This document shows, piece by piece, positions 9,336 through 19,312 of a stretch of DNA of 64,000 nt. This DNA comes from Thermoanaerobaculia bacterium (lineage in GTDB: Bacteria; Acidobacteriota; Thermoanaerobaculia; Multivoradales; Multivoraceae), in contig OY761158.1 of assembly GCA_963664405.1 (NCBI GenBank), positions 3,136,001 through 3,200,000 on the forward strand, written 5' to 3'. Below the pieces are notes generated by a model. It worked only from the letters and a program-made list of their open reading frames with translations, ran no database searches and had not been told where the DNA came from. The stretch's first letter is position 1; each line of letters starts with the position of its first letter. Both the position numbers and the translations under genes were made by a program.

Positions 9336-10521
9336 AGGTCCTGGCTGCGATCAGGGTACCAGCTAGGAAAGTTCCGATCATGCTGCCGAGGTTGGCCAGC
9401 ACTACCACCAACAAGACACGAGTCAGCGGGTTGTGCCAGAAACCGGAGAGCGAGGTGATGGCGTCGGGGAGATTCTCCAGATCCTGGACCGTCGGCTTCT
9501 TGACCCAGGCCTGCACCAGGCCGGCGACCCAGCCCGCGGCGATGAAGGGGTTGAGGCTGGTCAGCGGAGCCGCGAGAAACGAAGCTAGGATCGTCAACGG
9601 ATGACCGAGTGCCGCGGCGGAGCCGGCCGCCGAGAGACCTCCGTTGATGAGAACCCAGAGCAGAATCGATTCTCTCGATCGTGTCGCCCCGCCGCTGACG
9701 AAGCCATAGACGAGCAGACCTACGATGGCGATGGGAATGGCCCACTTGAGGACTCGCGGCAACAAACGTGGCTCGGGAACCCGCTCCAGGTCGTCGAGGG
9801 GCTCGTTCTTGGTGATCTCTCGGCGGATCCCTTCGATGTGACCAGCGCCGACGACGGCGACCACCTTCTTCCCCGGCGCATCTCGGATTCTCTGGGCAAG
9901 GTAGCGATCTCGCTCGTCGATGAGTGTTTCTTTCGCCTGCGGAAGCTCAGTCGCGAGCAGCTGGAGCGCATCCGCTAGACGCTCCTCTTGTTTCAGCTCC
10001 TCCACTTGGGCGGCATCGATCTCCTCGTCCATCAACAGGCCGCCCAGGAGTTGCGAGAACACCTTGATCTTGGTCCAGAAGCCGAGGCGGGCGCCGGTTC
10101 TCTTCAGGGTGATGTCGATGCGCCGATCGGCAAGTACGAGCTCTGCGCCCTCCTTCTCGGCGTCCTCGATCGCGGCGAGCATCTCTGCGCCGGGCTGGAT
10201 GCCGAGCTGCTTGGCAATGCGGCGCTGGAAGGAGGCCATGATGAGAGAGCTGAGAAGTAGATAGACCTTTCCTTCACGAAGGACCTTGAGGATGTCGAGG
10301 CTGTTCCAGCTGTCAGGGTTGGTGAGGCTCTCGTAACGTGGCTGACAGAGCTCGACGCAGACGGTATCCGGGCTCACGATCTCGATGGTCGTATGGACGT
10401 CGTCCACGCTGCTATGGGAGACGTGGGCGGTGCCGACCAGGTAGATCTGCCGACCCTCGATCTCGAGGGCGTGGACGGTCGAGGGTAGAGCCTCGGCGGC
10501 GCTTGTGCCTGCTTCGATCAT
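9331..10521 (-). CDS. TraB/PrgY (pheromone shutdown-like, TraB/GumN family) membrane protein
   Basis: LVGTAHVS, VCVELC, PGAEM, LIDERD and VVGAGH motifs plus C-terminal TM helices; ATG 10521 preferred over TTG 10650. Confidence 0.9.
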   Translation of the reverse strand: MIEAGTSAAEALPSTVHALEIEGRQIYLVGTAHVSHSSVDDVHTTIEIVSPDTVCVELCQPRYESLTNPDSWNSLDILKVLREGKVYLLLSSLIMASFQRRIAKQLGIQPGAEMLAAIEDAEKEGAELVLADRRIDITLKRTGARLGFWTKIKVFSQLLGGLLMDEEIDAAQVEELKQEERLADALQLLATELPQAKETLIDERDRYLAQRIRDAPGKKVVAVVGAGHIEGIRREITKNEPLDDLERVPEPRLLPRVLKWAIPIAIVGLLVYGFVSGGATRSRESILLWVLINGGLSAAGSAAALGHPLTILASFLAAPLTSLNPFIAAGWVAGLVQAWVKKPTVQDLENLPDAITSLSGFWHNPLTRVLLVVVLANLGSMIGTFLAGTLIAARTF

Positions 10522-10703
10522 CTTGCTGGGCTGGATGGTACCGAAAAACGACGCCCCTGGGAGCCGCCGCTGCAGGAACTCGTGACCCGCCGTCCGCGGA
10601 GGCGGCTCGTCACCGTGGTAAAGTCCCGACTGTCTAGGCTTTAGCGGCAACCTTCGGCGTCAGCGCCGGCAGCCCTCCACTCGGTCGCCAGATCTATTCA
10701 TCC

Positions 10704-12362
10704 ATGAACCGGCGCGTCGCCGTCTACCTCTTCCTGTTCGCGTCCTTCACTGTTTTGTGGGGCGGGGTGTCGAGCTGCATCGGATATCGACAAGACTCCG
10801 CGGATTTGGTCGAGGTGCGTAGTCAGCTGGTGGATAGCTCCTGGCTCTGGGGGCACCATGAGCTCGACAGGCTTGCCTCGACCTGGGGGGCGGGTCGTGA
10901 GGCGAAAGCGGGCCTGGCGATTCTCGATGCCTTGGTTGGCAACGACGATCTCGACCACAGGGTCCCAGCTGCCGAATCCCTGACCGCCTTTCCTGTCGGC
11001 CTCTTGCTCCAGCGGGCTCTCGAGGAGCAGCGCTATCAGGGATGCCTTCGCCTCGTTGCTCTGCTGAAGGCGGCAGGAGCACCCGGTTTCGACGAATTCG
11101 CGGCGGCGGCCCTGCTCGAGCTCGGCCGCTTCGCCGAGGCGCGGCAGATTCAACTACCGGAGGAGAATCGGACTCAGTTGGCGAGCCGGCTGGGGTCGAT
11201 CTTGGGCGGCGACCTCGAGACGACTCTGGTGCGAGACCGTAGAGGCAATCTGCTTGGCAAAGTGGCTGCCGAAGAAGGTGCATCGTTCATGCCGGAGGCC
11301 GGGATCGCGGAGAGCCTGGTGCCCAAGGTAGTGGTAGCGGGTCTGGACGAGCTAGGCCCGGCAAGGAGCGTAAGGCTCACCATCGACCTCGAGCTCAGCC
11401 AAATGGCACTGCGAGCCCTCGGCTCTTACCATGGCAGCATCGTTGTCGTCGATCCCAAAGACGGCTCGGTTCTTGCCGCGGTGAGTGATCGCAGGAGCTA
11501 CAGCCGAGAGGGGTCGCCCGCTTTGGAGCAGCTTAGGGAACCGGCCTCGATCGCCAAGATCATCACAGTGAGCGCCGCACTCCGGGCAGGAATCGATGTG
11601 GATCAGGTGCTCCAAGAGCTGATTTGTCGCGGCTCCGAGCCTTTCGACGACGGTCTGCTTTACTGCTCGGCGATCAACGGCCGCCTGCGGGGGCTGAATC
11701 GAGCGATGGCGGTGAGTTGCAACGTCGCCTTTGCTCACCTCGGCAAACTGGTTGGGCGAGAGGCTCTCCTCGATGAGTATGCGCGCTACGGTTTCGACCT
11801 CGAAGGAGCTGACGGCGCCTACCTCGGGCGAGTCCTGCAACCGGAGCCCAAAGGCCGAGAGCTAGGAGAGCTCGCAGTCGGCCTCGAGGCGACCGCGATC
11901 ACTCCGGTCCACGCCGCGCTGCAAGCCGGAATGGTTGCCAATGGTGGCTACATGATGCCACCGCACTTGTTCAGATCCACCGACTCCTTCCTCGGTTTTT
12001 CTGAGCGCCTACTGCCCGCCAGTAGCGGCTGGAGAGTGCTCGAGGACGCCTGGCTGCCGATTCTGGTCGGCGCCATGGAGGCAGTGGTCCAGCCCGGCGG
12101 CACTGCCGCGCGAGTGGCTCCCTCATCCTTCCCCGTGGCTCTCAAGACGGGTACCGCTAGTGATCCGCGGACCGGCTTTCATGTCAACTACATCGGCTTC
12201 GGCCCCCAGCCCGAGCCAAGGTACGCATTCGCGGTGCGGGTCACTCATCAGCGGACTTCGCGCAGGGTGCGCAACGCGGCCTTTGCAGTGACTCGGCGCT
12301 TTCTCCGCGGCCTCGCCGAGTTCGAGCGCAACTCCGATCCTCGAGGTCTAGGCTCTTTCTAG
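10704..12362 (+). CDS. Penicillin-binding transpeptidase-domain protein
   Basis: SxxK (SIAK), SxN (SCN) and KTG motifs; N-terminal TM/signal segment. Confidence 0.85.
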   Translation: MNRRVAVYLFLFASFTVLWGGVSSCIGYRQDSADLVEVRSQLVDSSWLWGHHELDRLASTWGAGREAKAGLAILDALVGNDDLDHRVPAAESLTAFPVGLLLQRALEEQRYQGCLRLVALLKAAGAPGFDEFAAAALLELGRFAEARQIQLPEENRTQLASRLGSILGGDLETTLVRDRRGNLLGKVAAEEGASFMPEAGIAESLVPKVVVAGLDELGPARSVRLTIDLELSQMALRALGSYHGSIVVVDPKDGSVLAAVSDRRSYSREGSPALEQLREPASIAKIITVSAALRAGIDVDQVLQELICRGSEPFDDGLLYCSAINGRLRGLNRAMAVSCNVAFAHLGKLVGREALLDEYARYGFDLEGADGAYLGRVLQPEPKGRELGELAVGLEATAITPVHAALQAGMVANGGYMMPPHLFRSTDSFLGFSERLLPASSGWRVLEDAWLPILVGAMEAVVQPGGTAARVAPSSFPVALKTGTASDPRTGFHVNYIGFGPQPEPRYAFAVRVTHQRTSRRVRNAAFAVTRRFLRGLAEFERNSDPRGLGSF

Positions 12363-13574
12363 GAGTAGGGCGGTGACGTCGTCGTTACGGGTATCGGTGG
12401 TCTGCTGCACCCGCTCCAAGAGACGGTCGAGCCACTGGCTGGGCTCACCCGATCCGTTCTCGCTGCCCAGTAGCTCGGTCAGGGCCTCGTAGCCGAGTGG
12501 CTCTCCATTCGGGGTCCGCGCTTCGGGGAGCCCGTCGGTGAGGAGGAGGAGTCGTTCTCCCCGCGCCAGTGTGAGAGTCCTGCTCTGGTAGCAGATGTCT
12601 TGGCGAATTCCGAGTGGAAGTCGCGGACCGGGGACCTCGATCGCCTCTGGCTCTTGGCCCGCTCGCAGCAGATAGGGGTCGGGGAGGCCGGAGTTGGCGA
12701 TCTGGAGCTCTCCCGATTGGGGATCGAAGAGTGCCATCGACAAAGCAACGAACTCGCGTTGAGCGAGCTCGCTGCAGAGCTTGGTGTTGATCTGAGACAG
12801 TGTCTCGGTCAGGGTGTTGTGAGCCGCGATGAGGGGTGTCATCGCCTTGACCGACGCTGAAATGAGGCTGGCTCCGACGCCCTTGCCGGCGACGTCTGCC
12901 ACGACCAGACCGATACGACTCCCGTCGAGCTCGAACACGTCGAAGAAATCGCCGGCAACGAAGCGGGCGGGGAGGTTTCTCGCCGCGATTCTAAATCCGT
13001 CTCCGCCGAGCTTGGCCGGCGGTAGCAGCCGACGCTGGATCTCCCGCGCGAGCTCGAGCTCTCGCTCTGCAAGGGCTTGTTCGCTCTGGGCCCGCACCAC
13101 TTGGATCTCCGCTTCTCTCGCCTGCACTTCGAGCTCGAGGTTCCGGCTTTCGGTCTCGCGCGAGGTCTCGAATGCGATCAGCAGGTAGTGGACGGCGACG
13201 GCCAGAACATAGAGAAGGATGCCGACGACGAAAAAGAGGATCAGCATGCCGCGGAACTGCTCCGAAGTGTCGGCGAATCCGGGGATTCGGTCGAGGAGCA
13301 TCGACCAGCCGAGGCCTGCTGCTATCCATACCGAGCTCGAGATTGCGGCGGCGAGCGCGTGGGTCGCGATCGGTTGGACCAGCCCGGAGCTGCCCACCGG
13401 CATCGCTTGACACGGGTAGAAGGCAGCCAAGCAAACGAAGGCGTAGAGCAGACCGAGCGGCACGGTGAGAGCTGTGACTTGAAGCCAGGGCATGCCGCTG
13501 GATAACCCGAACAGCGCCGCGAGCAATGCGCTGCCCGGAAGCCAGGCTCCGAGGTAGAGCCCGAGGCGGTCTAA
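12348..13574 (-). CDS. Membrane-sensor PP2C/SpoIIE phosphatase, main body (IS inserted at codon 8)
   Basis: AREIQRRLLP, GDFFD, ADVAGKG, TDGL.EA and DDVT motifs; N-terminal TM helices. The native 5' end lies beyond the IS at 15580-15603. Confidence 0.85.
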   Translation of the reverse strand, partial: LDRLGLYLGAWLPGSALLAALFGLSSGMPWLQVTALTVPLGLLYAFVCLAAFYPCQAMPVGSSGLVQPIATHALAAAISSSVWIAAGLGWSMLLDRIPGFADTSEQFRGMLILFFVVGILLYVLAVAVHYLLIAFETSRETESRNLELEVQAREAEIQVVRAQSEQALAERELELAREIQRRLLPPAKLGGDGFRIAARNLPARFVAGDFFDVFELDGSRIGLVVADVAGKGVGASLISASVKAMTPLIAAHNTLTETLSQINTKLCSELAQREFVALSMALFDPQSGELQIANSGLPDPYLLRAGQEPEAIEVPGPRLPLGIRQDICYQSRTLTLARGERLLLLTDGLPEARTPNGEPLGYEALTELLGSENGSGEPSQWLDRLLERVQQTTDTRNDDVTALLLERA

Positions 13575-13594
13575 GGGTCGGCGCGGAAATAACT

Positions 13595-14660
13595 TCACAT
13601 TATCGCCGGAGCGTGTGAGGCCGAGGCGCCACAGGGCGGTCGCTGCATTGGAGGTGGTGGTGAGCTGAGCCCAGGCTGTGGGGCAAGCTCTTCCTGCTCG
13701 GTTCGCGGTCTCGGCGAGAGGGTGTAGTTCCACTTTCCTAGGAAGTCGCTCCTGGCCACCGCGAGCTGCAGCATTTCCTTGTCCGATACCCTGACTCCTT
13801 TCTGGTATTGGCGTTGATCACGGCACGGCTCGACGCGCAGTCCGGTGGATGTCGTCGTGTTGCGGACGAGGTTGACGAGGATCTCGAAACTCTCGAGAGG
13901 AACTCCGGCCCAGTTCTTGCTGATCTCGCTGAACATCCTGTGCTCGATGGGATTCCATTTACTGGTGCCAGTTGGATAGTGGGCGACGGTGATGATGAGG
14001 CCGCACTTGTCTACGAGCTTCTCCTGGAGGTACTTCTTCCAGGCTCGAAGCCGTGCGCCGTTGCTTGCGCCGCTGTCGGCAAGAATGAGGAGACGCTGAG
14101 ACGCCGGATAGTGAGATCGACCGTATTTGAGCCACCAGGTCGCGATGCTGTTGACAGCGAACTCCGGCGTGTCCGACGACTGTCCGAGGACGAGAACGCC
14201 GAAGTTCCTCTGAAGATCGTAGATCCCATAGGGGGAGGCGATGGCGAGAGCTTCGGACCGGAAGTCGTGATCCTTGACCCGCTTGGCCTCGCGGCACCAT
14301 GTCTGTCCCTGGTTCTTGAACCGACCGATCAGCTCCTTCTTCTTCGTATCGACGCTGATGATCGGGTCGCCAGCGCTTGTGAAATCCTCGCGCAGTCGCT
14401 TGATGGCCTTGAACTGTGCATCACGATCTGGGGAGTTCCCCGAAGACAGACATTTCCTATTGCTCTTGAGGGAATAGTTCAGGTCTGCGAGCAATCGACG
14501 CACCACCGTAGCCGATACGATGATGTCAAGGCGTTCGGCAAGGCATTGGGCCACCTTTGCAGCGGTCTCGTGCGTCCATCTTTTTGATGACATGGGATCA
14601 CCAGCTATATCGGCCTCGAGTATGGAATGGATTCCATCGACTATCTCGGGCGTTTTTTTT
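13595..14660 (-). CDS. ISAzo13-family transposase, catalytic DDE part (orfB)
   Basis: PDRDAQF, ISVDTKKKELIG, DHDF, ADSGASN and SKWNPIEHRMFS motifs; joins orfA at an A8 run. Confidence 0.9.
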
Positions 14661-15423
14661 CCACTCGTTGGTTGCCACCGCCTGCTCTTCGAACTCTTCC
14701 GCGCTCCACGGAGCCGCCGAAGAGCTCGCGACGTCCTTTTGCGACTGTATGAGGGTCCAGGTCCAGAAGATCGGCGATCTTCCGGTCGCCGCCATGCCCG
14801 AGCTTGGTCGCTTCCAGGCCAGCGAAGAGCCGCCGCTGGCGTTCGTCTAGCAGGCTGAAGAATAAAACGATGGCAGCCCTGAGCTCCTCGGGGAGCACTT
14901 CTGGAACGAGGCTGGCAGCTACATCCTGGAGAGCCTGCCGTTCGTTGCGCATCAGCTTCTGCTGACGACGGCGCCCTGTTTCCGAGCACAAGTATACGAA
15001 CCTCTTCCCAACTCTGGATCGTACGATTCTCTTGCGACGAACGAGGTGCAACATCGCGTGCTTGACCTCGACCTGCAGCAGGAGCTCGAGTTCAGAAGCC
15101 GTATAGCCGGCAGCGGACCGGTCCACGGCAGCCACCGCAGTTTCGAGGAGGCTGCCATGCCGACTGAACCTCGCCGAACCGCACGACCACAAACCCAGAT
15201 CGTCGAAATCGGGAATCTCGTTCAAGGTATAGAACCGCCCTCGATCCGAGTAGCTGGCCAAATAGCCCAATCGAGACAGCGAACGGTAGACCGTCATGGT
15301 GGCTCGGGTTCCCATGGCGTCCTTGAGCTCATCCATGGTGGCCATCTGTTCGCTCATCAAGAGCTCGCGCACTGTTGCATCACGATCTTCGGCTCGTACC
15401 ATTTGGTATAGTTCCCCTTCCAA
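14641..15423 (-). CDS. ISAzo13-family transposase, N-terminal part (orfA)
   Basis: LDERQRRLFAGLEA..LGHGG...TV.KG.REL...RVRRAGGG, typical of this family; lies inside the TIRs. Confidence 0.85.
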   Translation of the reverse strand: MEGELYQMVRAEDRDATVRELLMSEQMATMDELKDAMGTRATMTVYRSLSRLGYLASYSDRGRFYTLNEIPDFDDLGLWSCGSARFSRHGSLLETAVAAVDRSAAGYTASELELLLQVEVKHAMLHLVRRKRIVRSRVGKRFVYLCSETGRRRQQKLMRNERQALQDVAASLVPEVLPEELRAAIVLFFSLLDERQRRLFAGLEATKLGHGGDRKIADLLDLDPHTVAKGRRELFGGSVERGRVRRAGGGNQRVEKKRPR

Positions 15424-15579
15424 AAGAGGTGACAGGGGAAACTATACCAAATGCGGGCAGGGCTATGCTAGCTCTAAACCTTGCAAACAAGGCGCGTACC
15501 GGAGGATTATGCCGTGGCTGAAGAAGGGGGCAGTGGTATGGTCACCCCAGATACTGGAAACTTATTTCCGCGCCGACCC

Positions 15580-15603
15580 TAAGCGTGCCAGGATGGGATG
15601 CAT
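15580..15603 (-). pseudogene. Detached native 5' end (MHPILARL) of the PP2C gene
   Basis: Removing the IS and one TAA gives continuous MHPILARLDRLGLYLGAW. Confidence 0.85.
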
Positions 15604-15642
15604 GGTGCTGTCGTCCGCTGCGTCAGACGCGGCGGGGAGAGA

Positions 15643-16317
15643 TCAGTTCTTGATCACGACTCCTCCCATGACGGCGAGTCCGCGAATAATGAGGACCTGA
15701 TCCGGATCGGCCTGACTCTGGTCGGTCTTGTCCTCGCAGCCACCGAGCATCGCTACCGCTTCCTGCTGCACCGTGAAGCTGCGAGGGACCTGCAGGTCGA
15801 TGCCGCCCCAGAAGGCGAGGACATCGACGATCGCGGGTCCGTTGGAGATCTGGGCCTGTCGGAGGTCGACCTCACAGCCCCCCATGATGGCGGTCAGGTC
15901 CCCGCCTCGGAAGTTCGAAGAGGCGGACTGCCGGCGGACGCCACTGAGCATGCTGTAGGCGGTGAGCTTGTCGGCGTCGGCTGACGCTGACTTCTTCTTC
16001 GCCGGTCTCAGTGCCCGCTGAACCAAGAACAGCCCAGCAAAGACGAGAAGGATCGGCCACAACTCGATGGGATGGATATCGACGACTTCGAGGTTGTAGA
16101 GGATCCACCAGACACCGACCAGGATCCATGACGAGGCGCTGACCCATGCACCCGTGCGGCGGGCGTCCGCGAGTTTGGCGCCGCCGACGGCGACGAAAAC
16201 CAGTGGCCAGTATTGCCAGAAGGAGCCGACTTCGAGGACCCCGAAGTTGTCGAGCGTGAAGGCGACGCCAAGGACGATGATGGCGATGCCGAAGATGAGC
16301 TTTGGTGTTAGTACCAT
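15643..16317 (-). CDS. LiaF-like membrane protein (DUF5668/DUF2154 type, cell-envelope stress)
   Basis: Repeated WP..L hydrophobic segments followed by FRGGDLTAIMGG.EVDLR and IRGLAVMGGV.IKN; alternative start 16368. Confidence 0.8.
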   Translation of the reverse strand: MVLTPKLIFGIAIIVLGVAFTLDNFGVLEVGSFWQYWPLVFVAVGGAKLADARRTGAWVSASSWILVGVWWILYNLEVVDIHPIELWPILLVFAGLFLVQRALRPAKKKSASADADKLTAYSMLSGVRRQSASSNFRGGDLTAIMGGCEVDLRQAQISNGPAIVDVLAFWGGIDLQVPRSFTVQQEAVAMLGGCEDKTDQSQADPDQVLIIRGLAVMGGVVIKN

Positions 16318-16513
16318 GATGACGACGGGGAGATACTTGGCGGAGTGGGGGCCCTTGATTTCTTTCATATCTGCTCCTGAGCAATGGCGGCTGTCGTCTC
16401 TGAGCTACGGATTTGCACGAGTGGAGTTCTCGCCAGGCCGAGCGTCGGGCGTTTGAGACTAGCTGCGGAAGTCGATGCGATAATACGCTGTCCCAGTTCG
16501 GGCAGGTTTCCAA

Positions 16514-19312
16514 ATGGCAAAACGCCGCTATGTTCCCGTCGTCGGCCCGCGGCTGAAGAAGCTGCTGATGGTCGTTTTTGCGCTGTTTTCGGTGCTGGCG
16601 GTGAACTCCGTCTACATGGGCGGCGTGACTCTGCTCGAGGCGATCACCGGCAGGACCTATCAGAATTGGTTCTATCTGGTGATGTTCCTTGCCCACCTGG
16701 CGCTGGGCGCCCTCTTCGTGCTGCCGGTGGTGATCTTCGGGCTCATCCACATGCGCAATGCGAGGAACCGGCCCAATCGCAGGGCGGTCTGGGTGGGCTA
16801 CGCGTTGTTCAGCGTGGCCATGGCCCTCCTGGTTTCCGGCGTACTCTTGACCCGAATAGAGGGTGTGCTCGAGCTCAAGAACCCCTTGGCACGCACAGCC
16901 GCGTACTGGGCACACGTGGCTACTCCCTTCATCGCCGCTTGGCTCTTCGTGCTGCACCGGCTCGCAGGGCGACGCATCAAGTGGAGAGTGGGGGGGCGCT
17001 GGGCCTTGGTCGCAGTCGCTCTTGGCGGCGTCCTTCTGCTGCTCCAGGCGCAGGACCCCAGGCAATGGAATGTCGAGGGCCCGGAGAGCGGCGAGCGTTA
17101 TTTCTTCCCCTCGCTCGCTAGAACCGCAACCGGCGGTTTCATTCCCGAGCGCGTGCTCGACAACACCGCCTACTGTAGAGAATGCCACCCCGACGCCTTC
17201 GAGAGCTGGTCTCATAGCGTCCACCGTTGGAGCTCCTTCAACAATCCGCCTTATCTCTTCAGTGTTCGTGAGACCCGCCAGGTGGCCTTCGAGCGCGACG
17301 GTGACGTTCAGGCCTCTCGATTCTGTGCCGGCTGCCATGACCCCGTCGTCTTCTTCTCCGGGCGCTTTGACGACCCCGGCTTCGATGACGTCAACGACCC
17401 TGCGGGCAAAGCCGGGATCACCTGTACGAGCTGTCATGCGATCACTCACATCAATAGTCCGCGCGGTAACGCCGATTTCACTCTCGAGGAGCCGGTGCAC
17501 TACCCCTTCGCTTTCAGTGAAGGCCCGACCCTTGCCTGGCTCAATCGCCAGCTGGTGAAGGCGAAGCCCGCGCTGCACAAGAAGACCTTCCTCAAGCCTC
17601 TGCATCGCAGCGCCGAGTTCTGTGGCTCTTGCCACAAGGTTCACCTTCCCGAGGAGCTCAACCACTACAAATTCCTTCGCGGGCAGAATCACTATGATTC
17701 CTACCTCCTGAGTGGCGTGTCGGGGCATGGCGTTGCCAGCTTCTACTACCCCGAGAGAGCGGAGGCGAACTGCAACGGCTGCCACATGCCGCCGCGGGTC
17801 TCCGACGATTTTGGGGCAAAGATCCTCGACGACTCGGCCGATCTGAAGGTGCATTCACACCTCTTTCCGTCGGCGAATACCGCCATTCCGCACATGGTCG
17901 GCCTTCCCTCCCAGGTGATCGAGGAGCATCGCGAGTTCAATCGTGGAGTGATGAGGGTCGATCTCTTCGGCGTGCGCCTGGGCGGAAGCATTCAGGGCCG
18001 GCTCACGGCTCCGCTCCGGCCCGAGGTTCCGGTGCTGGAGCCCGGCAGGTCCTACCTCGTCGAGACGGTGATACGGACAGTGAAGATGGGGCACGACTTC
18101 ACCCAAGGCACCACCGACTCGAATCAGGTCTGGGTCGACTTCGAAGTCGAGGCGGAGGGTCGGGTGATCGGGCGCAGCGGAGGCGTCGACGAGCTGGGCC
18201 GCGTCGACCCCTGGTCGCACTTCGTTAATGTCTACATGTTGGACAGCGAGGGACGGCGTATCGATAGACGGAACCCACAGGACATCTTCGTTCCCCTCTA
18301 CAATCATCAGATCCCGCCGGGCGCGAGTGACGTCATTCACTATCGGCTCGACGTGCCGTCGGGGCACCGTGGCTCGTTGACGGTGAGGGCGAGCCTTCGT
18401 TATCGCAAATTCGACACGACCTATCTTCGCTATGTGCTCGGTGATGATTTCGTTGTCAACGACCTTCCCGTCATGACCTTGGCGACCGACGAAGTGACCT
18501 TTCGAGTCGGGGGAGGCCGAGAGCCTACAGTCGCGGAAGCTCCGGTCTGGCCGGAGTGGGAGCGCTGGAACGACTACGGCATTGGCCTTCTGCGCAAGGG
18601 AGGCAAGAGCAAGGGCGAGCTTCGGCAGGCTGAGGAGGCGTTCGTTAGAGTCGAAGAGCTCGGTCGCGCCGACGGTCCTCTGAACTTGGCTCGCGTCTAC
18701 TTCGCTCAGGGGACGGTCGAAGATCGGGCCATTGCCGCCCTCCAGCGAGCCGCCGACTTCGACCCGCCGGCCCCACCCTGGTCGATTGCATGGTTCACCG
18801 GGCTCGTCAACAAGCAGAACGGACGCCTCGACGAGGCGATCCTGAGCCTCGAGAGCCTGGTCATGAGCTCGAGCCCGGAGCTACGGCGGAGAGGATTCGA
18901 CTTCAGTATCGACTATCGATTGCTCAACGAGCTTGGTCAGACTCTGTTCGAGAGAGCGAAGCGTGAGCGTGGCGAGAGCCGCCGCTCCGAGCGCGAGGCG
19001 CTATTGGCGAAAGCGCGAGCGTACTTCGAGCGAACCCTCGGGATCGACCCGGAGAACGTGACAGCCCACTTCAATCTCTATCTGGTGCTCAAGCAGCTCG
19101 GCGAGGACGAGTCGGCGGAAGCTCATTTCCAGGCCTACAAGATCTTCAAGGATGACGATAATGCGCGGGATCGGGCCGTGGCGTTAGCACGAGCCGCGAA
19201 CCCGGCCGCCGACCATGCCGCCGAGGCGATTGTGATTTACGATCTGCAACGTCCAGGGGCCTCCGCCTTCAGCGCGACCGCCGGTCCGGGCGCGGGGGCT
19301 GTGGCCCGGTGA
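16514..19312 (+). CDS. Membrane-anchored multiheme c-type cytochrome with C-terminal TPR repeats
   Basis: About five N-terminal TM helices; five CxxCH motifs (CRECH, CAGCH, CTSCH, CGSCH, CNGCH); TPR-like C-terminus. Confidence 0.85.
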   Translation: MAKRRYVPVVGPRLKKLLMVVFALFSVLAVNSVYMGGVTLLEAITGRTYQNWFYLVMFLAHLALGALFVLPVVIFGLIHMRNARNRPNRRAVWVGYALFSVAMALLVSGVLLTRIEGVLELKNPLARTAAYWAHVATPFIAAWLFVLHRLAGRRIKWRVGGRWALVAVALGGVLLLLQAQDPRQWNVEGPESGERYFFPSLARTATGGFIPERVLDNTAYCRECHPDAFESWSHSVHRWSSFNNPPYLFSVRETRQVAFERDGDVQASRFCAGCHDPVVFFSGRFDDPGFDDVNDPAGKAGITCTSCHAITHINSPRGNADFTLEEPVHYPFAFSEGPTLAWLNRQLVKAKPALHKKTFLKPLHRSAEFCGSCHKVHLPEELNHYKFLRGQNHYDSYLLSGVSGHGVASFYYPERAEANCNGCHMPPRVSDDFGAKILDDSADLKVHSHLFPSANTAIPHMVGLPSQVIEEHREFNRGVMRVDLFGVRLGGSIQGRLTAPLRPEVPVLEPGRSYLVETVIRTVKMGHDFTQGTTDSNQVWVDFEVEAEGRVIGRSGGVDELGRVDPWSHFVNVYMLDSEGRRIDRRNPQDIFVPLYNHQIPPGASDVIHYRLDVPSGHRGSLTVRASLRYRKFDTTYLRYVLGDDFVVNDLPVMTLATDEVTFRVGGGREPTVAEAPVWPEWERWNDYGIGLLRKGGKSKGELRQAEEAFVRVEELGRADGPLNLARVYFAQGTVEDRAIAALQRAADFDPPAPPWSIAWFTGLVNKQNGRLDEAILSLESLVMSSSPELRRRGFDFSIDYRLLNELGQTLFERAKRERGESRRSEREALLAKARAYFERTLGIDPENVTAHFNLYLVLKQLGEDESAEAHFQAYKIFKDDDNARDRAVALARAANPAADHAAEAIVIYDLQRPGASAFSATAGPGAGAVAR

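Larger units (their letters stand above)
13575..15579 (-). mobile_element. Complete ISAzo13-family insertion sequence (2005 bp)
   Basis: Perfect 18-bp terminal inverted repeats GGGTCGGCGCGGAAATAA (13575-13592/15562-15579); 3-bp TAA target duplication (13572-13574/15580-15582). Confidence 0.92.

Noticed and set aside
13599-13733. Long N-terminus of the PP2C ORF given in the ORF track
   Set aside because: It is IS sequence overlapping the transposase; the native start is at 15603.
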